Source of the DNA: Mizuhopecten yessoensis
Lineage: Eukaryota
Assembly (NCBI RefSeq): GCF_002113885.1
Contig: NW_018407364.1
Location: 555,224 to 619,223, forward strand
Direction: 5' to 3'
DNA: 64,000 nucleotides
In this document: piece after piece, positions 51,168 through 62,413 of the stretch
How positions within the stretch are numbered: position 1 is the stretch's first letter
Layout of the letters: each line of letters opens with the position of its first letter
Made by a program: the position numbers and the translations under genes
The notes under the pieces: model-generated
Told to the model about the DNA's origin: nothing
Seen by the model: only the letters and a program-made list of their open reading frames with translations
Databases searched by the model: none

Positions 51168-51573
51168 TATAAACAGGAAAAAGAATAGCGTGCTTCCACC
51201 GGGGATCGAACCCTCGATCTCCAGATTCCTAGTCAGACGCTTTACCACTTGGAGCTAAAGGGATTCCCTCTAGCTCCGAAGCTAGAAGGCGACCTTAATC
51301 CTATGTACAATTACAACCTGCCACACTACTCCCCCCTTTTTAATTGTGTTTGCCCTCGAACACCACAACCCAGGTTCTAACTCCCTGTCACCACAGAGAG
51401 GGCCATAGACACCATTTTTAATAGGAAAGAGAATAGGGTGCTTTCATGGGGATCGAACCCTCGATCTCCAGGTTCCTAGTCGGACACGCTACCACTGAGG
51501 TGAAGAGAAAATTCCCTGTAGCTCCGAAGCTAGAAGGCGACCTTAATCCTATGTACAATTACAATCTGCCACA
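51168..51573 (-). mobile_element. TRIM-like non-autonomous LTR element with tRNA-derived LTRs
   Basis: Two ~157-bp direct repeats (51168-51325, 51417-51573), each starting TGTGGCAG on minus and containing GGTTCGATCCCC; internal TGGTGTCTATGGCC (PBS-like) and AAAAAGGGGGGAGTAG (PPT). Confidence 0.8.
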
Positions 51574-52576
51574 CGTGTAAAATAAACTTTTATATCATAT
51601 GTGTATTGACAGACGAGCCGAGTACCTGTAGACACAGATGGGAGATTGCGATTCTGCAGGGGCCCATATAAGTCGCCTCTTATGATAACGACATGCACTG
51701 GGGAAGTTTTTCCCGAGCCTGCAGAGGTCAAAATGTTGCTATTCACTCTAAGTAGAAATCACTTAAGCAATGCTTAATATAAGAGAACTATAAAAAACAC
51801 TCGAAACCGACACATTGAGTCTATCCAGCGTAACGTATACACACACATATATATATATATATACTTCGATACAATATACAATTGAACTGCAAACTTCCTG
51901 GTCACTGATACCAAATTTACTTAATTAATGTATATAATATACGTACGTTATATGACAGACATAGTTTAACGAATTGCTGTTAATATTTCTTATATTTTTT
52001 TTATTAATTTGAAATAAAATTACGATTTCGAACGATATAATAGATGAAGTATGCAAAGATTTGTTCATCATATTCTCGAAATATATTCTAGATCCTTTAT
52101 GCATAAGGTGACATGACTCATCTCCCTTATAAATGTTTTATAAATAAAAGAATCGTCTCTCTGCGAAGGTAGGAAATTATCGTTGCCTTGGTATTCTTAT
52201 GAAAGCTTTTCAAACTTCATTTTAGAATATGTTAGGAAAAACAGGAATTTCTTTCAAAAATTTTCATTAAGCACACGATGTGTATTTTGATAAACAGTTC
52301 CATGTATACTCACTAACTCAGTAATATGAAACGTTTTGGGGCTGAATCAAACCCGAAATTTAAAACGAAACTTTAATTGCCACCTACAAGGTTGTAAACC
52401 ATGTGTTTCTTACTTGTATAACGAAGCCAATTGAAATACAGCAATAACCGGTTCAAATCTGTCATCAGTGTTTACACACAGGCTTTACTCTGTCCTTGTG
52501 AAAAACACTTTTGAAATGTCGTGTAATGGGGTATAAGGAACGACAACTCTGGGTAGATTGAGCTGTTATAAGAAGC

Positions 52577-52671
52577 CAATCGGGAACCGTCTGCAGTACA
52601 CGAAAAAATATTTTTAAAGTATTTTTTAAAGCATTTTCTCGTTTACGGAAAGTGCCGACGGTTCCCGATTG
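52577..52671. mobile_element. Tiny MITE, CAATCGGGAAC-TIR family
   Basis: Inverted termini; flanks ATAAGAAGC / ACAAGCAGC. Confidence 0.75.
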
Positions 52672-52942
52672 ACAAGCAGCGTGTCGGACAACCCTTTAAT
52701 GTTATATATAGTTTGTGTCTGTGCTTGATGTTCATGTATCTAATCCAGTTAGACCTCGTAGGCTCGTTGTCCAGTAATATCAAAGCATTGTTAGATTGCA
52801 ACCTCAATAAGTTTTCTCCGATTCCCTCCCCTTTTTCCTGTTTAAAAGCACACGTGGCGTATTGTCTGAAATTGCAATGAAAGTGATTTAATGTATTTTT
52901 TTATAGTTCAATAATTTATCGATAGCTAAAGTACTTTACATA

Positions 52943-53375
52943 TTTTGGTTAGGCTTATATTGTTTAACGTCCTATAATAACATCCAATGCTATTTAAGGA
53001 CGTGCCTCCATGCATGTGTGTTATGAAAGCGTGCAAGTATGTGTGCTGGAGACAGGGTATGTTGGTGTACTTGCCTCCTTGTAATAGTGCGGGTCTGATG
53101 CCGACTTTATAGTGCTATCTCACTGAAACACCACGCCGAAATCACCCCGCACAGCATTCCGCCCGGTCACATTATACCTGACAACGGGTGAACCACCATA
53201 ACTACCATTATTAAGGATTTTGATATGTCCCGGCCTGGTGACAGAACCCATTGCCTTCCTCACCTCGGCGAACGCTCAACATCAAAGCCAAAAGTGATGT
53301 ATTGCCAAGCTAGACGCTAGAAAATAAAAGGAAGTTAGAAGTAGAAAGAAAGATAAAGATTCCAAATGTTGCAAT
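52943..53375 (-). mobile_element. tRNA-derived SINE (central domain resembling Meta-type), boundaries approximate
   Basis: Minus-strand tail GCACGTCCTTAAAT...TAGGACGTTAAAC as in the 7396 SINE; degenerate A/B boxes at ~53240-53290; TTTATAGTGCTATCTCACTGAAACA...GGTCACATTATAC central block. Confidence 0.6.
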
Positions 53376-53489
53376 GGTTGCAGAAGATTTATTTTGGTCG
53401 CTTAATTCTGTGTCCCCAAGTAGGCAGATCCCCAAGTAGGGAGCGCAAAAACTAAATCCCCAATTCTGGGGTCGCTTTTTAGTTGGCGT

Positions 53490-53739
53490 GGGTGGTCGGG
53501 TAGTGCAGTGGATGGCACACTTGTCTTTCAACAAGGCTGCCGGAGTTCGATTCCCCGATCGGACGTGAAAGACGGTATGGGGATAATTACCTGCCCGACC
53601 ACATGGGTTTTCACCGGGTACTCCGGTTTCCTCCCACAATAAGACCCCGCGCGCTAACATCCGGGACAACAAGAGTGATTAATATAAGTTTGAAATAGCA
53701 CGTGCCATGTAAAATAAATAAAGTTTATATACATGTATG
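53490..53739 (+). mobile_element. Full-length V-type SINE with ~10-bp TSD
   Basis: tRNA head GGTGGTCGGGTAGTGCAGTGG...GTTCGATTCCC, V core GGGTTTTCACCGGGTACTCCGGTTTCCTCCCACA; TSD TAGTTGGCGT / TAGTTGGCAT. Confidence 0.85.
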
Positions 53740-54622
53740 TAGTTGGCATTCATAGTCAATGTGAATACCAAATGGAAATGCTATAATAAATTCCCGTTTG
53801 TATTTGTACTGCCATACTCCAAAAACGGTCTTACCACGGACTTAGATAATCTAATTCCGTGGTCTTACTATGATTTTGATTTTGGAACATGTTCTTATTT
53901 CCCCGTGCAGTGTGTTTGTGTAATTCACATTGCACTACATTTTTTTTATAGATATAGATAGAGCATTACATTTACCAGAGTGAAAAGTCGTTTCCCACGA
54001 TTTCTCCGATCAGAGACATATATAAAATAGTAGTATATTTTTTTTTATGTCCGCTCCGCAGTCTTCAAGTTTTCCATCAGCCTCACCAGTCACAGTCTAA
54101 AAGTCAACTCAGATCTTCAGCCCATGAAATGGACAAGATTCAGTCCTTGCATTCTAATAAAGCATGTTCCAAGTGATGCCTGGTAGCATTTAGTATCATA
54201 ATTGCGGTACTGTATGTATCGATCGTGTATAATTATAAATATTAGTGTCCCCAGCTGCTGCGTGTACTTTTAAAAATAAAGGTTCAATATTCCAAGGACC
54301 CCTCCTCTGAAATGCCTACAGGGTAGGATTGCGCTGTGAAACATGGACACGTTTTGAAATGACACTTTTCTGAAAATCAATGAAGGATGGAAACTTTCTA
54401 ATTCCGTGCTTTATCCAAGAAGGAGTAATGTGTTATGAATAATAAATGAAAACTTGTCATTTTCAGAGCTCGAGGAGGGAAACAATCGATACAGCGCATT
54501 CCAGCGGTTTTGGTCAGTCAGTAAAACTGTGTCAGACATAATATCTCCTAAATAAACACTAGAAATATACTAAGTTCCTGATTAATTTTATAAAGTTTGA
54601 CAACGAGTACGGGTTATTTTAG

Positions 54623-54873
54623 TTGTGTCCCTTGGATGGGATTATGAACATTCTCTTCAACAGGTGTCGCTTACTCAATACATTTTCTGCTCTCGCTGTA
54701 CGAAAGAGTTCTCGACAACAATGTACACAACCTGCCAGCACTTGTATTTTGACAAAATGGAACAAGAGGATTACAGGACACGTGAGCAAATATTTACACT
54801 ATTCTTGTTTATTTTTTATGCCACGTTAGCTGCGCTAACACCCTGTCTCATACCAGAATTGATAGTGGGGTAA
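54623..54873 (+). CDS. Possible terminal exon of a small membrane protein (unverified)
   Basis: Acceptor TTATTTTAG| then 82 open codons with CxxC and a hydrophobic C-terminal segment (IFTLFLFIFYATLAALTPCLI); upstream exons cannot be joined cleanly. Confidence 0.25.
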
Positions 54874-55521
54874 AACAGAGTCATGAAACAAATAAGTGAT
54901 TATATTGACCAGCACAGCTTCGTAGACACTTGTACTGTACCGTCACTGAACGATAGTTTTGCATATGTAAATTATCCCAATATGTTGTAATTTATCAACT
55001 TAAACACATTTTCACTGTCTTCATCTTCACCATATTTTCCAAAATTATTTGCCCTACTTTTAGTACCTCTTGAGTCAGATAATTGGTCTTTACAACTTGA
55101 AAAGGGTCATTTATAAAAAAATTAACCCATTCATTTGCATAAAGAAAAGGCCTCATTTAAATCTGTTACCTTTTTTACAGATTACTGTAAGTGAAATATA
55201 TAAATCTAAGGAATCAATAACTGTAGGAAAGGTTCTGTTTGAGTCACAGTGGGATGATATATATGTATTGATATTTCCCATGGCACATTTTAAATATGGT
55301 CAAAGAGACTCATCTAACGGATAAAAATATTGTTACAGAGACAAACACATCTTATGTTTAATATAGTGTAATATTCAATCGCAACAAGCTCAGGGTAGGT
55401 AGGTATACCTATTTGTTTGTGTCTATCGGTTTCTCCCGAACAGTGGGCTTCTTCAGGACAATTTTTATGATCACGTTTACCCCTAAAGTACTAATAATTG
55501 AACAGTTATGTTTTATATAAG

Positions 55522-55881
55522 TGTAGTAGAACTGAATTGGGTCGATCGTCGGTGACCAGGTAGCTCAATTGGTAGAGCTTCCGTCTAGAGTTTGAAGGGT
55601 CCCGGGTTTGAACCCCGATCTGGCCATTACATTTTCTCTTTCTCCTGTTACAAAATTGGTGAGCTTGCCAACCTTTGTTTCAAGCAATGGGATTACGCTG
55701 AGCAAGGGGATACCTAAACTTGGGTTGTAAATAGTTGTGTCTTCGGGGGCATGAATTAGAAAAAGGAGGGAGGAATGTAGTGGAAAAGGACTGGGTTGTT
55801 TGTTGGCGACCAGAGTTTGGAGGGTCCCGGGTTCGAATCCTGGTCAGGTCGTTACATTTTCTCTTTCTACTGCATGTTGCA
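55522..55881 (+). mobile_element. Complete TRIM-like non-autonomous LTR element with tRNA-derived LTRs and 4-bp TSD
   Basis: LTR1 TG..CA 55522-55652, TGG at 55657, PPT AGAAAAAGGAGGGAGGAA 55758-55775, LTR2 TG..CA 55776-55881, TSD TAAG both sides; A box GGTAGCTCAATTGGTAGAGC, B box GGTTCGAATCC. Confidence 0.85.
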
Positions 55882-56271
55882 TAAGAAATACAAATTTCAT
55901 TGTTTGCTCACATGAGCTGTCAGACTACATATCTATAATGAGCAGGAATACATGTACAACCTTTATCACACACAAGCACACCCTTCCACATCATATGCCG
56001 GTTCTAAAGAGGTTCACATTGTTAGATGGGCTTGAGTAGAAATTTCTAAACCTGTAACTTGCTTGGTTGTGTTGTTAATTATATATTATGTCTGTCATCC
56101 CTAGGATGGTTGTAACGGCGTAAGAATTATTTCCCGGATATTAGATAAATTGATATACATTGTTGTATGATAATAAGTAATGATCCTTTTTGATAATCAT
56201 TTTTTTATGCAAGATGATTTATGTTGCAGCTCCCTTTTATCAAAGGAAATGAAATAGTCTGAATCTGAGAG

Positions 56272-56306
56272 ATGTCTGCACCCCGGAGGGTACAACGTGA
56301 CAAAAG
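56272..56306 (+). CDS. SAM-domain protein, coding exon 1 (MSAPRRVQRDKR)
   Basis: Acceptor TTGCAG| at 56229, in-frame TGA just upstream of ATG 56272, phase-2 donor AG|GTAAAG matching the next exon. Confidence 0.6.
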
Positions 56307-57271
56307 GTAAAGTGAAACATCTATATGTGATTGTTATGACCTCACAAGTAAATTCTCTACACGAATATCAAAAGAAAAGATTATCTTTATCGAGTACTGC
56401 ACAGAGTAGAAGACTAGAAGTAGTTATGAATAACTAGGGCTGCAACGATATATCGTGATATTTTGAATACAGTACGCTACACAATATTTTTTGGGAGGTT
56501 ATGATGCACCTACAATTTTTTTTGGCGTTTCTGAATTTAGTCAACTCATATCCGTTCCAACATGACGAGTGACAGCTCCAACTTAGCAAGTTGGCATGCA
56601 CGTCGAAACACAACAAGTGTGTGAAACTTTAATTTAAAGCCATTATATCCATTCTAGACCAAGTCTTTTTCCAGCTGTAATTTTGCCATTAAAAATTTGC
56701 ATCACATCTTTTCTCTTTCCTTCTACTGTAACTATATGTATCTTGTTACGTATTGTACCATGACCACAGTATCGTGACTCATATTGTATTGTCATGTTCG
56801 TGTATCTTTGCAGCCCTGTGGATAACTGTACATAATGAGTAAGGATAGTTACATAATAAACTGTCTGTCCATGGGTTGTAACGAGAAACTCACGGTATTT
56901 TGTTAGGATAGTTAACAAACATGCAGTTTGTCTGTAGTGAGTATCAACAATGTGAGTATCAACGATAGATGGAAAGATGACGTGCTGTTTGTAGTTAAGG
57001 ACTGTCTGTAATGATATGTATACTTTCACAATGATGTACTGATCAGGGTTCAAACTAAGAAGTTAAGAACAAATGATGAGATGGTCAATTGTACATTTAA
57101 ATTGGAAGTCAATTGGCCCTACCATTCACTTTTTATCCTCTTTGCTTTTAAATAAAAAGGAAAGAAATTTCATCTCACAAAGAAAAAAATCACTGGCCTG
57201 GACCAGCACCTTAGTAGACACTTGTGGACAAGAGGAGACCTTATTGATATACATGACAGCTTGTGTTGTAG

Positions 57272-57394
57272 ACTTGATAACCTGAAGAAGGAGAGTGTGA
57301 AGTTGAACCAGGATGTGGAACACATGCAGGATGCATTGCTGCTACATCAACGTTTCCAGGAGAATGAAGACTCCACCATTAAGGGCATAATCAG
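57272..57394 (+). CDS. SAM-domain protein, coding exon 2 (LDNLKKESVKLNQDVEHMQDALLL...GIIR)
   Basis: Acceptor GTTGTAG|, donor AG|GTATAG; phase 2-2; coiled-coil-like sequence. Confidence 0.75.
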
Positions 57395-57504
57395 GTATAG
57401 TATTCATACAATCAGTTGCATTTTGCGAGAATATTTATTTTTGAGTTAACTGTTGACTGCTAATTTAAATGTTTCACAAGTAATATATTAAGACATGGAA
57501 AGAA

Positions 57505-57774
57505 GCATTTTCCCTCTCCTTTTACAGTGGTGCCTGTGACCAACCCTTGTTTCAAGCACGGGATGTACACTTGGCAAGGGGATACCTGAACCTGGGTTGT
57601 AAATAGTTGTCTACGGGGGCGAAGGCTAAGAAAAAGGAGGGAGGAATAAAGCAGAATTGGACTGGGTTGATCGTCGACAACTAGGTAGTTCAATCGGTAG
57701 AGCGTTCGTCTAGAGTTCAGAGGGTCCCGGGTTCGAACCCCGGTCTGACCGTGCATTTTTTCTCTCCTGTTACA
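57505..57774 (+). mobile_element. Second copy of the 55522 tRNA-LTR TRIM family (5' LTR truncated), intronic
   Basis: LTR end TTACA 57526, TGGTGCCTGTGACC at 57528, PPT 57628-57646, 3' LTR 57647-57774 with A and B boxes ending CCTGTTACA. Confidence 0.8.
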
Positions 57775-57891
57775 CCTGTATCATTTACTTCTACTTAATA
57801 TTAGATACATGTCTGATATGTATATGTCAATACCAGTAATTGTACCAAATTATAAAAATCTGGGTACTTATTCTGTTGGTGTTACTTTCAG

Positions 57892-59672
57892 GAAAGAGAT
57901 TGGTGGGCCAATTTGGCAGCATGGTGGAGCGGGAAAGTTGCGGACATATAAGTCTACAAGGGACCTTGATGATCCCAATGGGATAGGCACTCCGAAGACA
58001 AAGGCTAAAGAATCAGGTCGTTTCAAGGTTACTAAGAAAGCCAATGACAGGAATGAAACAAATGACATTAAATACAGTGCCTCAAATTGTGGTTCCAAAC
58101 CTTCTAATACGAACAGTCCATACAAACCTGCAGGGAATAGACTTAACGACGAAAAGAACTCCAGTGAAAATAATAATGATATGGATAGATTTAAGGTCAA
58201 AAGTTCAGCAAGGAGGGATTTGTCTCCAGAGTTTGAGTGTCCTGGGAATACAAAACAAGAAGAGGATGCAGAGAGTAGAACAATCGGAAATTATGACTGG
58301 CAAAAAATGGAGATATTAAAAACAAAAGTGATAAAGAAAGCCAGTGCGAATGTGATCACGCGGAAGAAATCAGCAGTAAAATCCAAAGATAAAATTTCTG
58401 AGAACAGGAAAGTTCCATCAGAAAATGTTTTGTCAAATACGTTGGGAAGAGGGAAAAATACTCCAGTGAAATCTCGACGAGAAAATAGTAGAGAGAGAAA
58501 AAGGGAAAGTGTAAATGTAGAGACATTACAAAAACAAAGTCATAAACAACAGACAAAAACACTTGAAACTCAAGCACCTAGAAATTCACTGGAACTTGAA
58601 TCTGATGTCAATCAAAAAGAACCTCATAGACTGACCAGTCCCAAGTTTCCAAAGCAGACTAACCGAATTTTCGTAGGTGATGATGACTCTGGAAGTAGGT
58701 CACCATTGGGAACAGACAGTCCAACTATCCCTAAATATAACACCGATTCACAGTCACTTGTTACGAGTGAAAAACAGTCGCCAAAATGTGATCCAGATGT
58801 ACATCTATGGTTACGAAGACTTGGATTACTAGAAGAGGAAAAATATGTCCAGATTTTTGCCAAAAATGAAATTGACATGGAAGAATTGGTACTGCTTTCT
58901 CCGAAACATTTGAACAAACTTGGAGTGGTTGCAGTTGGAGCATTTAACAAAATTGTACGAGGAATTGAGGAACTACAGCAAAAACCCAGTTGGACTGATG
59001 ACACGGCAATGTCGGTGAAGTCAAATAAAACATGGTCGCATTGGGAAATAACTACAGCAGAACACTGTCCCTCGGTGTCCGAGAACGACTGGGACCCTAG
59101 TCAGGAAAGTCATCCACTATCACCAACACCATGGCAGAATAAATCTATGCAAGTCCCCAAGGGTGTAGGTGATGGAAACAAACTGTTAGAAGTAAGAAGT
59201 ATGAACGGCCAAGATTTTACCTCGGATAAAATGAGTTCTCATTCATCTGAATCGAACTATTTTGACAAAATCATACTTTTCGAACATGAATCTCACAATG
59301 AAAAGTTCAAACCTATGGATGAAGGCGGTGGTAAAAAGGAGACGAAAAAGCTTGACATTAATGGAAATAGAAGAACTTTGTGTCGGTCAAACAGTTTTCA
59401 TTCTAGATCTTCAACGTCAAAGCCACCAGTGAAACGAGAACAGGAGAGGACTAGTAAAAAAGATGCTGAGAAAAATTCAGATAAGAAAAGTAGCCAGGGT
59501 AAGTTACCATCTCGACCAAGGTCAAGGTCACTCTCTCGACGTGGAAGTGTGAGTAAAAATGATGGGAAAGCTCCAACATCTTCTGTAACAACAAAACAGA
59601 AAACAGCTTATCAGCAAGATTTGGCTAAAGTGGTCACTGTTGATGCAAGCAAACAACAAAAGAAATCTGCTG
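57892..59672 (+). CDS. SAM-domain protein, large coding exon 3 (1781 nt; SAM domain ~58790-58981 within S/K/R-rich disordered sequence)
   Basis: 630-codon ORF; acceptor TTACTTTCAG| phase 2, donor G|GTAATT phase 1; DVHLWLRRLGL-EKYVQIFAKNEIDMEELVLLSPKHLNKLGV-AVGAFNKIVRGIEEL fits the SAM consensus. Confidence 0.9.
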
Positions 59673-59694
59673 GTAATTATATCAGTTTGAGTAG

Positions 59695-61577
59695 TAGCTA
59701 GTGTGACTTATAGAGTATATAGCTAGTGTGACTAATAGAGTATATAGCTAGTGTGACTTATAGAGTATAAAGCTAGTGTGACCTATCACTGTGTATGTAG
59801 TTGGTGTGACTTATCACAGTGCATATAGTTGGTGTGACTTATCACAGTGTATATAGCTAGTGTGACCTATCACAGTGTATGTGTAGTTGGTGTGACTTAT
59901 CACAGTGTATGTAGTTGGTATGACTTATCACAGTGTATATAGTTGGTATGACTTATCACAGTGCATTTAGTTGGTGTGACTTGTCACAGTGTATATAGTT
60001 GGTGTGACCTATCACAGTGTATGTATAGCTAGTGTGACTTATCACAGTGTATATAGCTAGTGTGTCCTATCACAGAGTATGTATAGTTGGTGTGACTTAT
60101 CACAGTGTATGTAGTTAGTATGACTTATCACAGTGTATATAGTTGGTGTGACTTATCATAGTGTATAAAGTTGGTATGACTTATCACAGTGTATATAGTT
60201 GGTGTGACTTATCATAGTGTATAAAGTTGGTATGACTTATCACAGTGTATATAGTTGGTGTGACTTGTCACAGTGTATATAGTTGGTGTGGCTTATCACA
60301 GTGTATATAGCTAGTGTGACCTATCACAGTGTATTTAGTTGGTGTGACTTATCACAGTGTATATAGTTGGTATGACTTATCACAGTGTGTTTAGTTGGTG
60401 TGACTTGTCACGGTGTATATAGTTGGTGTGACTTATCACAGTGTATATAGCTTGTGTGACCTATCGCAGTGTATATACAAATGTAGTTTGTGTGACTTAT
60501 CACAGTGTATATAGTTGTTGTGACTTATCACAGCGTATGTAGTTGTTATGACTTATCACAGTGTATACAGCTGGTGTGACCTATCACAGTGTATATAGTT
60601 GGTGTGACTTGTCACAGTGTATATAGTTGGTGTGGCTTATCACAGTGTATATAGCTAGTGTGACCTATTACAATGTATGTATAGTTGGTATGACTTATCA
60701 CAGTGTATATAGCTAGTGTGACCTATCATAGTGTATTCATAGTGTATGTATAGTTGGTGTGACTTATCACAGTGTATATATCTAGTGTGACCTATCACAG
60801 TGTATGTATAGTTGGTGTGACTTATCACAGTGTATATATCTAGTGTGACCTATCACAGTGTATGTATAGTTGGTGAGACCTATCACAGTGTATGTATAGC
60901 TAGTGTGACTTATCACAGTGTATATAGCTAGTGTGTCCTATCACAGAGTATGTATAGTTGGTGTGACTTATCACAGTGTATATATCTAGTGTGACCTATC
61001 ACAGTGTATGTATAGTTGGTGTGACTTATCACAGTGTATGTATAGTTGGTGTGACTTATCAGTGTATATAGCTAGTGTGACCTATCACAGTGTATTTAGT
61101 TGGTGTGACTTATCACAGTGTATATAGTTGGTATGACTTATCACAGTGTATTTAGTTGGTGTGACTTGTCACAGTGTATATAGTTGGTGTGACTTATCAC
61201 AGTGTATATACTTTGTGAGACTTACCACAGTGTATGTATATAGTTTGTGTGACTTATCACAGTGTATATAGTTGTTGTGACTTATCACAGTGTATGTATA
61301 GTTGGCATGACCTATCACAGTGTATATAGTTGGTGTGACTTATCATAGTGTATATAGTTGGTGTGACTTATCACAGTGTATATAGTTGGTATGAATTATC
61401 ACAGTGTATATAGTTGGTGTGACCTATCACAGTGTATGTATAGTTGTTGTGACTTATCACAGTATATATAGTTGGTGTGACCTATCACAGTGTATGTAGT
61501 TGGTGTGACTTATCACATTGTATGTATAGTTGGTGTGACTTATTACAGTGTATATAGTTGGTGTGACTTACCACAGT
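59695..61577. repeat. 28-bp (variant 32-bp) intronic minisatellite (GTGTGACTTATCACAGTGTATATAGTTG), ~65 units
   Basis: Direct reading of tandem units. Confidence 0.95.
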
Positions 61578-62188
61578 AGATTTAGTGTGTGTAGCTTTTG
61601 TAGGTATATTACTTATGTTACTTTAATGCTGTGCCTTTTTGCTGAAAAAGATAATCCATAACTTTATTCCATGATTTGCATGATACAAGGTGTAAAGAGT
61701 TTCTTGAAAATCCTATAAAAATAGTTTATATAGTTAGGATATATTTATCCTGAAAATATTGATACACTGCTACCAGCATAAAGTTACAAAATGTGAAGGG
61801 CGAATTTGACGCTGATATAGATTTAACGAGTGAAGTGCGAAAGTTTTGACGGTGCAAAGGTTTCCAAGTAGTTTTTTGTGATGTAGATTTTGGATGAGAA
61901 ATTGAAGCTTAGGGATAAATAGGGAACATCATCCGAATGGTTTCTAATTAAAGAAACAAGTTTGGTCTATAGTTGGATGAAAAATATAAGGAGGATGAAA
62001 ATTGTTTCTTTAACCCTTAATTTATAATTGTATCAACAAACTACACAAACACTATATATATATCAGAAACCAAACATTTTATTACCGGGTAGATACAACT
62101 TATTTGGTGTACATTTTTTGGTGCAACTTTTCTGTTCATTTCTTAAATATATCTTAAACAACCAAGTATTACTATTTTTTTATCACAG

Positions 62189-62331
62189 CTATTAATGCAG
62201 CAGCTCGGAGACTTGAAGAAAAACAGAAAATGGAAAAGGATTATGAAGAGAAAGAGCAGAAATCAAGAGAAAGGCGAAAACAACAAAGGGATGAATTAGC
62301 CGCCAAGCATTTATCTAGAGAAAAAAGCCGG
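62189..62331 (+). CDS. SAM-domain protein, coding exon 4 (charged coiled coil AINAAARRLEEKQKMEKDYEEKEQKSRERRKQQRDELAAKHLSREKSR)
   Basis: Acceptor TTTTTTATCACAG| phase 1, donor |GTAAAC phase 0. Confidence 0.8.
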
Positions 62332-62413
62332 GTAAACAAAGTTTAATTTTACTTTACAGAGATGACAGAACTGTAAGTTTTCTGTCACTGATTGTATAGA
62401 GAGATAATGGTTG

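Noticed and set aside
55555-55626. Apparent tRNA gene (also 57680-57750, 51195-51260, 51445-51505)
   Set aside because: Anticodon and acceptor arms pair poorly and each lies inside an LTR-like repeat; treated as tRNA-derived promoter cassettes.
57809-57891. N-terminus of the 630-aa ORF as a single-exon gene
   Set aside because: A strong acceptor at 57891 and phase-matched upstream exons indicate this part is intronic; the ORF tail after 59672 is likewise intron.
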